From: Eubacteriales bacterium
GTDB taxonomy: Bacteria > Bacillota > Clostridia > Oscillospirales > CAG-272
DNA length: 64,000 bases
NCBI GenBank assembly: GCA_045602325.1
Contig: JAZSBH010000039.1
Location: 18,918-82,917 of the forward strand
Direction of reading: 5' to 3'
Shown: piece after piece, positions 37,583-46,775 of the stretch
Position numbering within the stretch: position 1 is the stretch's first letter
How the letters are laid out: every line of letters starts with the position of its first letter
Translations under genes and position numbers: made by a program
Notes under the pieces: model-generated
The model's database searches: none
What the model saw: only the letters and a program-made list of their open reading frames with translations
Told to the model about the DNA's origin: nothing

Positions 37583-37629
37583 AGTCTGTATCCTTTCTTA
37601 TACACCGCATAAGGGTGGGAATCATACAT

Positions 37630-37658
37630 ATTATATCAAATGAATACGATTTTTGCAA
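37630..37658 (-). promoter_or_regulatory. sigma-A type promoter for the paralog B/A pair
   Basis: Minus strand reads TTGCAA, 17 nt, TGaTATAAT. Confidence 0.6.
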
Positions 37659-37707
37659 TAGGTTTTGAATTTTTTGGCATAATGACGAAAAACTCAAGGG
37701 CTTTTTG

Positions 37708-37746
37708 ACCCGAAAAGAGAAAGAGCGGCTTCCGATCGGATGCCGC
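37708..37746 (-). terminator. intrinsic terminator after the 37779-38300 gene
   Basis: Hairpin GCGGCATCC/GGAAGCCGC (37725-37746, one mismatch), followed on the minus strand by TCTTTCTCTTTTC. Confidence 0.6.
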
Positions 37747-37778
37747 CCTGTCTGTTTTCAACAAAGCCGTTGCTTTAT

Positions 37779-38300
37779 TTACCGTTCCAAAACCTCGCTT
37801 CCGTTCCAGCGATATACTTCAAAAACCCCCGTGTATTTTCCGCTTACCTTTTCCAGGAAGGTTGCGGGCTTTTTGAGCTTATTCATCATGTCACGCAGAG
37901 CCTCCTCGTGATCAGGCATCTGATACAGCCATTCCATGGGATAGGTGCTGACCTTGCGGTGATTCTCGTAGGCATCCCGATTCTTGTACCGCACGATGGC
38001 GACGATGTTATTTTCGATGACCTCGTCTATGGCAGAGAGAGCCTCCTCGGGATCCAATTTGGTCGCCACCTCAGCTTGCCCGAACCGCAGGGAGCAGGAG
38101 GACACGTACCCCTTATAAGTATCGACCTGCAAGGACACCGAAAAACGCCCTTCTTCAGGGTGGGGGAGGATCAATTCCATCACCTCCTCGCCCTTGTCGG
38201 TTACGTCGGTAACGGTACGGGGGCGGCTGTCGCGGGGGAAACGAGGTAGGTAGGTGCGTGTCAACAGGGAAGCGTATTCTTCGACGGTGTATGGAGGCAT
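37779..38300 (-). CDS. hypothetical protein
   Basis: 173 aa. AAGGAG SD 10 nt upstream. Soluble. I recognise no motifs. Confidence 0.6.
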   Translation of the reverse strand: MPPYTVEEYASLLTRTYLPRFPRDSRPRTVTDVTDKGEEVMELILPHPEEGRFSVSLQVDTYKGYVSSCSLRFGQAEVATKLDPEEALSAIDEVIENNIVAIVRYKNRDAYENHRKVSTYPMEWLYQMPDHEEALRDMMNKLKKPATFLEKVSGKYTGVFEVYRWNGSEVLER

Positions 38301-38370
38301 GGGACACGGGCTCCTTTGGAATGTTTTTACCGCGGAAGCCGTGTTTCGGGCAAAAATTTTCCCCGACCCC

Positions 38371-38399
38371 TTGCAATCCGCGTGAATCTATGGTATCAT
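38371..38399 (+). promoter_or_regulatory. sigma-A type promoter
   Basis: TTGCAA (38371-38376), 17 nt, TGgTATCAT ending at 38399. Confidence 0.55.
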
Positions 38400-38460
38400 A
38401 TAGTATAAATGATTTCTTCCCAAAAAGCAAGAGAAAAATGTAAAAATTTCGGAGGTTCCC

Positions 38461-39159
38461 ATGGAACAGATCTATACCATACCCGTAAACGAAGCATTTG
38501 AAGCCTCCCGCGACGATGCGGCCTGCGGATGCCCCATGTGCGCCATCTACCGCAAGCTGGAGGAAAACGAGCTGGATCTTATCCTCGGTGCGTCCATGAT
38601 GGAGCCCGACGTTCGTATCAAAACCAACGAGCAGGGCTTCTGCCGCCTGCATTACGACCTTATGTTCGTCCGCAAGAATCGCCTGGGGATGGCACTCACC
38701 CTGGAGAGCCATCTAAAGGAGCTGCAATCCGAGATCAAGGAAGGAACCTTCGGCACCCCCGGAAGCAAGCCTCTCAAGCGGATCACAGAACTGGAAGGGA
38801 ACTGCTACGTCTGCAAGCGCGCTCAATTCCACTTTGAACACATGGCCGAGACCGTGGTCTTTCTGTGGGATTCCGACGAGGACTTCGGCCCCAAACTCCG
38901 TGCCCAGCCCTACTTCTGCCTGCCTCACTACAAAAAACTCCTGGAGTACGGTCAGAAGCGTTTGGGCAAAAAGAAGCTCGCTCAATTCACCGCCGAGGTC
39001 GGCAAAGTGGTGAACGACTATATGACCACCCTCACCGACGACATCAGTTGGTTCTGCAAGAAGTTCGATTACCGCTATGACCAAGAGCCTTGGTATAACT
39101 CCAAGGATTCGGTGGAGCGTGCCATCAAGTTCCTGCGATCGGACATCCACAACAAGTAA
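38461..39159 (+). CDS. Cys-rich hypothetical protein (probable zinc-binding)
   Basis: 232 aa. GGAGG SD. CGCPMC and CYVC pairs, plus FCRLHY / FCLPHY repeats. It may correspond to a Clostridial DUF family, but I cannot name it reliably. Confidence 0.65.
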   Translation: MEQIYTIPVNEAFEASRDDAACGCPMCAIYRKLEENELDLILGASMMEPDVRIKTNEQGFCRLHYDLMFVRKNRLGMALTLESHLKELQSEIKEGTFGTPGSKPLKRITELEGNCYVCKRAQFHFEHMAETVVFLWDSDEDFGPKLRAQPYFCLPHYKKLLEYGQKRLGKKKLAQFTAEVGKVVNDYMTTLTDDISWFCKKFDYRYDQEPWYNSKDSVERAIKFLRSDIHNK

Positions 39160-39181
39160 AAAGAAAAGGGAAGCGAGCAGT

Positions 39182-40045
39182 ATGAATTACCTTCTCCTTT
39201 TCCTCACCGCTCTCTTTATCACCTTCCAGAAGATCATCCAGGAGCGATACAACGCCAAATGCAAATCGGGGGTATTCTTCTTCAGCGGTATGATCTCCTT
39301 CTTCGCCATGTGCTTTTTCATGGCGGTCAATCGCACTTGGGAGTGGAATGCTCACCTGATCCTCCCTGCCGTAGCCTTCGGTCTGTCCTACGCCGCCGCC
39401 ACGGTCTTCGTTGTGTTGGCCATCAAGTGCGGATCGTTGGCCAAAACCACCCTCATCACCTCCTACTCCCTCCTGGTTCCTGCTTTTGCAGGACTCATCG
39501 TCCTCCGCGAGCCCATCGGCATCCCTATGGTGGCAGGTATGATCCTGCTGACCGTGTCCCTGTGGCTGACCAATCACCAAAAGAGCACCGGCGCGGAAAA
39601 AGAAAAAGTCACCCTTAAATGGGTGATCTACTTGGTTCTCGGCTTCACGGGAAACGGTATGTGCTCCACGGTGCAGAAGCTGGCACCTCACTTTGTGGAC
39701 GGTGCCGTGCTTAACCAGAATATGTATATGATCGCAGCCTTGGGACTGTCTTCGGTGGTGCTCATCTCTGCCTCGTTCATAACGAAAGAAACCGATCTGA
39801 AGTCCACCTTGCTCCACGGTGCGCCCCTCTCCCTGTTCTGCGGGCTCTTTAACGGCGCGGTCAATTATCTTGCCATCTACCTCAACCAATTCATCCCCGC
39901 GTCGGTGATGTTCCCCGTCCTTTCGGCGGGGGAGATCATTCTGATTTTTCCATATTCGCTTTTGGTATGCCACGAGCGGTTCACAAAAAAACAGTGGGCA
40001 GGCTTTGCCATCGGTATTGTATCGGTGGTACTGCTCAATTTATAA
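39182..40045 (+). CDS. DMT-superfamily (EamA-like) transporter
   Basis: 287 aa from the ATG at 39182. About 10 hydrophobic helices in two halves. Confidence 0.6.
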   Translation: MNYLLLFLTALFITFQKIIQERYNAKCKSGVFFFSGMISFFAMCFFMAVNRTWEWNAHLILPAVAFGLSYAAATVFVVLAIKCGSLAKTTLITSYSLLVPAFAGLIVLREPIGIPMVAGMILLTVSLWLTNHQKSTGAEKEKVTLKWVIYLVLGFTGNGMCSTVQKLAPHFVDGAVLNQNMYMIAALGLSSVVLISASFITKETDLKSTLLHGAPLSLFCGLFNGAVNYLAIYLNQFIPASVMFPVLSAGEIILIFPYSLLVCHERFTKKQWAGFAIGIVSVVLLNL

Positions 40046-40056
40046 AGGAGATTCCC

Positions 40057-40611
40057 ATGATCGACCTACTCGACCTTCACAAATACTTCATTCTTAAGCA
40101 CCTCCGCCCCGGTGATGTGGCGGTGGATTTCACCATGGGTAACGGCCACGACACCGAGTTTCTGTCCAAGACCGTTGGCCCGGAGGGCTTCGTCTACGCC
40201 TTCGACATTCAGGAGCAGGCGCTGGCCTCCACCCAGGAGCATCTGGTGAACGTGGGCTGTCCCGACAACTATCAGCTCATCCTGGACTCCCATTCCAACC
40301 TCAAAAAGTACGTGGACGTCCCCTTTAAGGCGGGGATGTTCAATCTCGGCTGGCTCCCCGGCGGGGATAAATCCATCACCACCCTGCGGGAGACAACCCT
40401 CCCTGCCATCCGCGATGCCATCAGCCTCATGGATAGGGATGCCATCCTGAATATCGCCGTCTACCCGGGCCATAAGGAGGGCGATGCCGAAGGGCAGATG
40501 ATCCTCGACTATCTGGCAGGCATCAGCCGTCACCGTGTCTGTGCCACCCTCGTCAAAATTGTCAATTCTCCTTCGTCTCCCTTCTTCATCGTCGTGGAAA
40601 CCAAACCCTAA
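40057..40611 (+). CDS. mnmM: tRNA (mnm5s2U34)-methyltransferase MnmM (YtqB-like class I SAM methyltransferase)
   Basis: 184 aa from the ATG at 40057 (AAGGAG SD). DFTMGNGHDTEFL, YAFDIQEQA, FNLGWLPGGDKSITT and PFFIVVE closely follow B. subtilis YtqB as I recall it. Confidence 0.75.
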   Translation: MIDLLDLHKYFILKHLRPGDVAVDFTMGNGHDTEFLSKTVGPEGFVYAFDIQEQALASTQEHLVNVGCPDNYQLILDSHSNLKKYVDVPFKAGMFNLGWLPGGDKSITTLRETTLPAIRDAISLMDRDAILNIAVYPGHKEGDAEGQMILDYLAGISRHRVCATLVKIVNSPSSPFFIVVETKP

Positions 40612-40628
40612 ACCACAAAGGAGTCGCC

Positions 40629-41351
40629 ATGTTCCGCAGAACCCTGAAAACCTTAACCGTTACCCTGGCCGTAACCGCTCTCCTGTCCTCCTGCGGAGGC
40701 GGTTTGCCCGAATATGATTACAACATTGATATGAAAGACTATGAATCCGCTATCACGGTCACCGATAAAGCTTATCTCATCCTGACCAATAAGCAGAATC
40801 CCTTGGAGAGTGATTACAAGCCCGACTCTCTTGCCGATCTTCCCGCCGCATTAACTCTGTACGGAAAAGAAATCCAACTGGAATCAACGGCCGCCATCGC
40901 CGCCGAAGCCCTTGTCTGCGAGCTTCGCGCCTGCGGCTACAAGGATATCGCCATTACCAGCGGCTATCGTTCCTATGAGTATCAGCAGATCTTGTTCAAT
41001 ACCTATTTAGGCAACGAGATGGCTGCCCATCCGAACTGGACGCAAGCGCAGTGCGAGGCCGAGGTGCTGACCTACTCTGCCCGTCCCGGTGAGAGCGAGC
41101 ACCAGACGGGACTTTGCATCGATCTCATCAGCACACAGAACGTGGTTTTGGACGAAACCTTTGCTCAAAACCCCGCTTACGCCTGGCTGACTGAAAATGC
41201 CCATTACTTCGGATTTATCCTCCGTTATCCCAAGGGGAAGGAAGACACTACCGGTTATTCCTACGAGCCCTGGCACTACCGTTTCGTGGGCGTAAAAGCC
41301 GCCACTGAGATCTACGAGAAGGGAATCACTCTGGAGGAATATCTGGCCTGA
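40629..41351 (+). CDS. M15B (VanY-like) D-alanyl-D-alanine carboxypeptidase lipoprotein
   Basis: 240 aa. Lipobox LSSC. SGYRSYEYQ, SEHQTGLCIDL and EPWHYRFVG motifs. Confidence 0.85.
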   Translation: MFRRTLKTLTVTLAVTALLSSCGGGLPEYDYNIDMKDYESAITVTDKAYLILTNKQNPLESDYKPDSLADLPAALTLYGKEIQLESTAAIAAEALVCELRACGYKDIAITSGYRSYEYQQILFNTYLGNEMAAHPNWTQAQCEAEVLTYSARPGESEHQTGLCIDLISTQNVVLDETFAQNPAYAWLTENAHYFGFILRYPKGKEDTTGYSYEPWHYRFVGVKAATEIYEKGITLEEYLA

Positions 41352-41354
41352 TCT

Positions 41355-41585
41355 TTATCCCTGCGGCGTACGTCCCGTAGCTTCCTCCCGCTCTCTGCGC
41401 ATCTCCTGCCATACGTCCCGCTCCATGGCGGCGGGCAGGTTGGAAAACAGACGGGACGCGGGAATATCGCCCGCTAAAGCGATGTCCGCAAGCTGCGAGG
41501 TGATCGCGTATCCTTTGGCTTTGCCGAGGGGATCGGGATAGACCTCCGAGGGGTTCAGTTCCGATGGAATGAGTGGTTTAGGCAT
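41355..41585 (-). CDS. small hypothetical protein
   Basis: 76 aa. AAGGAG SD 8 nt upstream of the ATG. Coding-like G/C third positions. Its stop lies 3 nt from the stop of the convergent VanY-like gene. Confidence 0.5.
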   Translation of the reverse strand: MPKPLIPSELNPSEVYPDPLGKAKGYAITSQLADIALAGDIPASRLFSNLPAAMERDVWQEMRREREEATGRTPQG

Positions 41586-41828
41586 ATCGACTACTCCTTT
41601 CTCGGGTACGGCTACCCGTACTCTGTGGCATTAGTTTGGGAAGCAACGACGTGTTTTTTGTGTGGTAAAGTATGCCAGCCGCTGTTTTCGAAGAAAAAAG
41701 CAATCCTTCAAGTTTTTTCAAGCCACACTTCCGCAAAAATCAAGAAATCTTCACATTCGTGGCGTATAATGGATGAAAACAAAACGGAATCCTCGTATTC
41801 CGTGAGCGATATGAAGGAGGCATCTTTC

Positions 41829-43394
41829 ATGAATGAGTACGACCCTATGAAAGACAACGCTTCAAGTGATGACCGAAATACTACCCGGGAACGTACGGAT
41901 ACGCATAGTAAATCCGATCGCGGCTATGTCTACGGCTCCGCCGATTCCCGCGATGGACAAGGCTACACGAATCCGGATGGAAGCCACGGCTTTATTTACA
42001 ATCCAACCTCGTCCCCCGAGGACAAGAATCGCAGCTACCGCGGTGCCGTCATAGCCCTGTCTGCCGTGCTGGCAACCCTGATACTGGGCACCTGCTGCTT
42101 TTTCGGTGCCTATATGGCCGCCCGTTCTCTGAATCAGACCGGGGAGGAGAACTCTTCCGTTGAGACCAATTCCGATAAGCACGGGGTAGGCATATCCGGA
42201 GGCCTCGTTATCAGCGAAGATACCCATGCTGACGGAGAGGACACCGCAGAGCTTACTTTCCCCGGGGTCAACGAGAACGGCAAAACGGAAAACGAAAGCA
42301 CCAACGGAGAACTCTCCCACATGGGGAGCAGCTCCATCCCTCCCGTTGCTTCCATCGAAAAACTCCCGGCTGAACGTACCGATCTTGACGGAGACGGGAG
42401 TCCGGAGATTGAGACGGATGCGAACGGTGAGGTGCTCACCTCAGCCGGGAAGGATACCGTATCCGTGGCTACGGTGGTCAGCCGAGTCGCCGCTTCGGTG
42501 GTGGAGATCACCACCGAGACCATCGTCCGGTCGGGACGTATCGGCCAGTATATCACCAGCGGAGCCGGAAGCGGTGTCATCATCTCGGACGAAGGCTTTA
42601 TCGTCACCAATCATCACGTGATCGACGGCGCGAACACCATTACGGTGCGCCTGAATGACGGCAGAGAATTTGCGGCTACACTCATCGGCTCCGACGAGCA
42701 GACCGATATCGCCGTGCTGTGGATCGACGCCGTCGGCCACGATTTGACTGTTGCTACCCTCGGCGCCAGCTTTGATCTGGTCGTGGGCGAGGATATTCTG
42801 GCTATCGGGAATCCTCTGGGCTCCTTGGGCGGCACCGTCACCGAGGGAATGATCTCGGCTACTGCCCGTGAGATCAGCGTCAGCGGCGTGAATATGACCC
42901 TTTTGCAGGTTTCCGCACCCATTAATCCCGGTAATTCCGGCGGCGGACTCTTTAACCTGGCAGGCGATCTTGTCGGCATCGTCAACGCCAAATTGTCCTC
43001 CGAGGAGATCGAGGGCTTGGGATTCGCGATCCCTATCGATACCGCTTATACCGTTATCCTGGAACTCATTGACCACGGGTACGTACGCAACCGTCCCGCC
43101 GTTGATTTCACCGTGGTGGACGTGACATCGATTCAGACAGCTATGCGCTATTTCAATTCCTTTTACACCGGCGTTTACGTGTACGTTGAGGATCACGACG
43201 TGGTTCAATACGGTGATCTGATCCTGTCGGCAGACGGCGTTGAGATCAGCACCAGTGAGGATTTGAACAGCATCATCAAGAGTAAACGCGTTGGTGATCC
43301 TGTGGAACTGCTTGTATACAGGAATCGTGATAAGATCACACTCACCGTTACGGTCGCCGAATATATCCCCGAGGCGCTCAAGCCCGCCTCCTGA
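41829..43394 (+). CDS. htrA: S1C (HtrA/DegP-like) membrane-anchored serine protease with C-terminal PDZ-like domain
   Basis: 521 aa from the ATG at 41829 (GAAGGAGG SD 8 nt upstream). One TM helix. Catalytic His in TNHHVI, Asp in DIAVL, Ser in GNSGGGLFN. Confidence 0.85.
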   Translation: MNEYDPMKDNASSDDRNTTRERTDTHSKSDRGYVYGSADSRDGQGYTNPDGSHGFIYNPTSSPEDKNRSYRGAVIALSAVLATLILGTCCFFGAYMAARSLNQTGEENSSVETNSDKHGVGISGGLVISEDTHADGEDTAELTFPGVNENGKTENESTNGELSHMGSSSIPPVASIEKLPAERTDLDGDGSPEIETDANGEVLTSAGKDTVSVATVVSRVAASVVEITTETIVRSGRIGQYITSGAGSGVIISDEGFIVTNHHVIDGANTITVRLNDGREFAATLIGSDEQTDIAVLWIDAVGHDLTVATLGASFDLVVGEDILAIGNPLGSLGGTVTEGMISATAREISVSGVNMTLLQVSAPINPGNSGGGLFNLAGDLVGIVNAKLSSEEIEGLGFAIPIDTAYTVILELIDHGYVRNRPAVDFTVVDVTSIQTAMRYFNSFYTGVYVYVEDHDVVQYGDLILSADGVEISTSEDLNSIIKSKRVGDPVELLVYRNRDKITLTVTVAEYIPEALKPAS

Positions 43395-43455
43395 TGGTTT
43401 GCTTTTTGACATTATACAGAAAGGATGCTTCCGTTTGCCGAAGCTGTAGATTGCT

Positions 43456-44151
43456 ATGTATCACATTCTGATCGTTGACGACGAAAGCCGCATCCGTGCC
43501 ATTATCCGTAAGTACGCTGAATTTGAAGGTCATACGGTTACCGAGGCCGGTGACGGCATGGAGGCCGTCGTCCTGTGCCGCAAGGAAAGCTTTGATCTCA
43601 TTATCATGGATATCATGATGCCCGAGCTGGACGGCTTCTCCGCCTGCCGTGAGATCCGTAAGATCACCCAGACCCCCATCATCATGCTCTCTGCCCGTGG
43701 TGAGGAGTACGATAAGATCAACGGCTTTGAACTGGGGATCGACGACTACGTGGTCAAGCCCTTTTCTCCCAAGGAGCTCATGCTCCGGGTGGATGCGGTC
43801 ATGAAGCGGGTCAACCGTCCTGCCCATACCATCGGAAACACCACGCCCAACCAGGTGATCGAGATGGACAACGGCGGTCTTCGTGCCGACGTGACTGCCC
43901 GTATCGTCTACGTGGACGGAGAGCGGGTGGAGATGTCCCCCAAGGAGTACGATCTGTTCTTCTATATGCTCTCCAACCGCAACATCGCCCTTTCCCGCGA
44001 AAAGCTTATCAGCGAGGTCTGGGGCTATGATTTCTTTGGGGACGCCCGCACCCTGGATACGCATATCAAGCTGCTTCGCAAAAGCCTTGGCCCCTATGCC
44101 AAATACATCGTCACCCTCCGCGGTGTCGGCTATCGCTTTGAAGGGAAATAA
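43456..44151 (+). CDS. OmpR-family response regulator
   Basis: 231 aa. Receiver domain (ILIVDDE, IIMDIMMPELDG). Winged-helix C-terminus (LRGVGYRF). Confidence 0.9.
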   Translation: MYHILIVDDESRIRAIIRKYAEFEGHTVTEAGDGMEAVVLCRKESFDLIIMDIMMPELDGFSACREIRKITQTPIIMLSARGEEYDKINGFELGIDDYVVKPFSPKELMLRVDAVMKRVNRPAHTIGNTTPNQVIEMDNGGLRADVTARIVYVDGERVEMSPKEYDLFFYMLSNRNIALSREKLISEVWGYDFFGDARTLDTHIKLLRKSLGPYAKYIVTLRGVGYRFEGK

Positions 44152-45776
44152 TGCGTATGACGCATAGATCGAAACGAAAACCTACCGATACGACCGATCA
44201 CTCCCCCCGCCGCCAACCGAGCGCCGGGGGGCGTATCAGCATTTCCTGGAAACTCTTTGCGTACCTGGCGTTGTTTACTTTTTTTATCCTCATCGTGGTC
44301 TGGATCATGCAGATCGGCCTTTTGAATTACTTTTACAGCCAAAGTAAATACAAAGAATTGGATATCACCGATAAGCTTGTCACCGAGGCGGTACTGGCCA
44401 ATCCCTCCAGACTGGAGGAGGTTGTGGAGGAGTGTGCCACCGATTACCTGTTGTGTATCCGTGTGTTCCGCGTGGACGGCCCCACGGCTCGCCAGATCGT
44501 CAGTGCAGAGGTATCCGGGGACTGTTTGATCCACCGCATATCCGATCGGTATCTGACGTATCTGTACAACGAGGCGGTCCATAACGGCGGTGTCTACACC
44601 AAGCGCGTGTCCCCGGACGCGTTATTTACCACCAATCCCGAAGCCATGGCCGGTTGGTCCGAATCCCAAAGACCGCAGGATAATAAAGAGAATTTCCGTG
44701 ATCGCCTTTGGAATTCACCCCTGGAGCAGAACGTGAATATGCTCCATGTTCGGGTCATTACGGATGCTGGCGGGGATGCCTATATCCTTATGCTCAACTC
44801 CGAGCTGGAGCCACTCAACGCCACGGTGGAGACCCTCAAGACGCAATTCTGGATGATCGCATTCATTTTACTGTGGGGGGCCTTGTTCCTAGCGATCTTG
44901 ATCTCCCGGAATATTTCCGCGCCCATTCAAAAAATGAATCGAGCGGCGAAACGTCTGGCCAAAGGGCATTACGATGCTGATTTCCACGTAAACGGGTATC
45001 GCGAGGTCAGCGAGCTTTCCGAATCTTTGACCAACGCATCGGCGCAGTTGGCGCAGAACGATCGGCTTCAAAAGGAGCTCATTGCCAATATCTCCCACGA
45101 TCTCCGTACCCCCCTGACTATGATCGTCGGCTACAGCGAGGTCATGCGGGACCTGCCCGGTGAAAATACGCCCGAAAACGTGCAGGTCATTATCGACGAG
45201 ACCGAACGACTGTCTCAACTGGTCAACGACCTGCTCGATCTGTCGAAATTGCAGGCGGGCACACGTGTTCTCAACATGGAGACCATTAACCTCACCGAGC
45301 TCATTGAGTCTACCATGCTCCGCTACGAAAAACTGACGCAAAAGGACGGCTACCGCATCGAATATCAAGCCGATGCCTCGATTGACGTCTGTGCAGACCG
45401 TACCATGCTGCTGCAGGTCATCTACAATCTCATCAACAACGCCATCAACTATACGGGTGAGGATAAACTGGTGCGCGTGACCCAGACCCTGACGGGGGAC
45501 GGTGAGCGTGTCCGTGTATCGGTCATTGACAGCGGTGCGGGAATCCCCCCCGAGCAGATCCCCCTCATATGGGATCGCTATTACAAGATCGACAAGGTCC
45601 ACCGCCGTGCCATGATCGGCACGGGACTGGGTTTGTCCATTGTCAAGCAGGTTCTGGAAGCCCACCACACCACCTACGGCGTGGAGAGCAAGGAAGGGTG
45701 TGGTTCTACCTTCTGGTTTGAGATGCGGGTGGAAAAACGCCCCGATGTGGCGTTGGAGGCCGAAAATCTGTCCTGA
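44151..45776 (+). CDS. sensor histidine kinase
   Basis: 541 aa. TAATG overlap with the regulator gene. Two TM segments. H-box SHDLRTPLT, N-box NNAINYT, G-boxes DSGAGI and GTGLGLSIV. Confidence 0.9.
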   Translation: MRMTHRSKRKPTDTTDHSPRRQPSAGGRISISWKLFAYLALFTFFILIVVWIMQIGLLNYFYSQSKYKELDITDKLVTEAVLANPSRLEEVVEECATDYLLCIRVFRVDGPTARQIVSAEVSGDCLIHRISDRYLTYLYNEAVHNGGVYTKRVSPDALFTTNPEAMAGWSESQRPQDNKENFRDRLWNSPLEQNVNMLHVRVITDAGGDAYILMLNSELEPLNATVETLKTQFWMIAFILLWGALFLAILISRNISAPIQKMNRAAKRLAKGHYDADFHVNGYREVSELSESLTNASAQLAQNDRLQKELIANISHDLRTPLTMIVGYSEVMRDLPGENTPENVQVIIDETERLSQLVNDLLDLSKLQAGTRVLNMETINLTELIESTMLRYEKLTQKDGYRIEYQADASIDVCADRTMLLQVIYNLINNAINYTGEDKLVRVTQTLTGDGERVRVSVIDSGAGIPPEQIPLIWDRYYKIDKVHRRAMIGTGLGLSIVKQVLEAHHTTYGVESKEGCGSTFWFEMRVEKRPDVALEAENLS

Positions 45777-45780
45777 CCTA

Positions 45781-45809
45781 TTGCATTTCCCGGAAAAATG
45801 GTGTATAAT
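45781..45809 (+). promoter_or_regulatory. sigma-A type promoter
   Basis: TTGCAT (45781-45786), 17 nt, TATAAT (45804-45809), preceded by TGGTG. Confidence 0.55.
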
Positions 45810-45837
45810 AAGAAAAATTGACGAAAGGAAGGCCGGT

Positions 45838-46740
45838 ATGCCCGACTTGAATCTTGAACTCAACGCTGTCCTCGTGCATAGCCTCCTGTGTCCCGTGTGC
45901 GGTGCTCCGCTTCTCGTGTCCGATGACGGGAAAAGCCTTGTGTGCACAGCCAAGGTCAGCGACCGCAATCCCAAGGGCCGCGCCCACCTCTTTGACGGCG
46001 GAGCGAGCGGTTACGTCCCCCTGTCTCCCCGCCACAGTGGCGGCGGTGATTCCAAGGATGCCGTCCGTGCCCGCACCTCCTTCCTGAACCACGGTTATTA
46101 CGCACCGGCCGCCGATGCGTTGACCGCCTTGGTTAGGGAATATACACCTGCGGAGAGGGCCGTCCTGGACGCAGGCTGCGGGGAAGGGTACTACTCCAAT
46201 CGGATCGCCCAAGCGGGGTATCCGACCTTGGGCGTGGATCTCTCCAAATTCGCCGCAGATGCCGCAGCTAAGGCCGCCCGTGCCTACCGCCTTTCGTCCG
46301 GGCATAGCTCCAAGACTCTTTACGCGGTTGGAAGCGTGTTTGAGTTGCCCGTAAAGGATGGTACCTTTGATACGGTAACCAATGTTTTTGCCCCCTGTGC
46401 ACCTGCCGAGTATGCCCGCGTTCTGAAATCGGGAGGACATCTTATCGTGGCCGGCGCGGGAGAGCGGCATTTGATCGGACTGAAGCAACTGGTTTATGAT
46501 GACCCTTATCTCAACGATCCCCGCCGTGATCTTCCCGGCGAGGGAGACGGGCTTGTCTTGGTGGATACCCGCCAGATCACCTTCCGCATTACCGTAGAGA
46601 ATCCATCGCATATCGCCGCTCTTTTTTCCATGACGCCCTACTACTGGCGGACAAGTCAGAACGGCCACGACCGCATCAAAGCCGCCGAGCGGCTTGAGAC
46701 CGAGGTCTCCTTTGATTTCCATATTTACGAAAAGCATTGA
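45838..46740 (+). CDS. RlmA-like SAM-dependent methyltransferase with N-terminal zinc ribbon
   Basis: 300 aa from the ATG at 45838. CPVCGAPL...LVC zinc ribbon. SAM motif LDAGCGEGYY. Layout resembles 23S rRNA G745/G748 methyltransferases. Confidence 0.65.
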   Translation: MPDLNLELNAVLVHSLLCPVCGAPLLVSDDGKSLVCTAKVSDRNPKGRAHLFDGGASGYVPLSPRHSGGGDSKDAVRARTSFLNHGYYAPAADALTALVREYTPAERAVLDAGCGEGYYSNRIAQAGYPTLGVDLSKFAADAAAKAARAYRLSSGHSSKTLYAVGSVFELPVKDGTFDTVTNVFAPCAPAEYARVLKSGGHLIVAGAGERHLIGLKQLVYDDPYLNDPRRDLPGEGDGLVLVDTRQITFRITVENPSHIAALFSMTPYYWRTSQNGHDRIKAAERLETEVSFDFHIYEKH

Positions 46741-46775
46741 AACAGAAAGATATTTCAAAATTGAAAGGATGAGCC

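Noticed and set aside
31775-37612. Two very long plus-strand ORFs (925 and 993 aa) antisense to the tandem surface-protein genes
   Set aside because: Their translations are Gly/Val/Asp/His/Leu-rich with no motifs, signals or SD sequences. The minus-strand products have signal peptides, conserved paralogous cores and promoter/terminator signals. Stop-free antisense frames are expected when sense codons end in G/C.
41586-41828. Promoter for the htrA-like gene at TATAAT 41765-41770, and a GTACGG/CCGTAC hairpin at about 41607-41622
   Set aside because: There is no acceptable -35 at 16-18 nt spacing. The hairpin is short and not followed by a U-tract on either strand.
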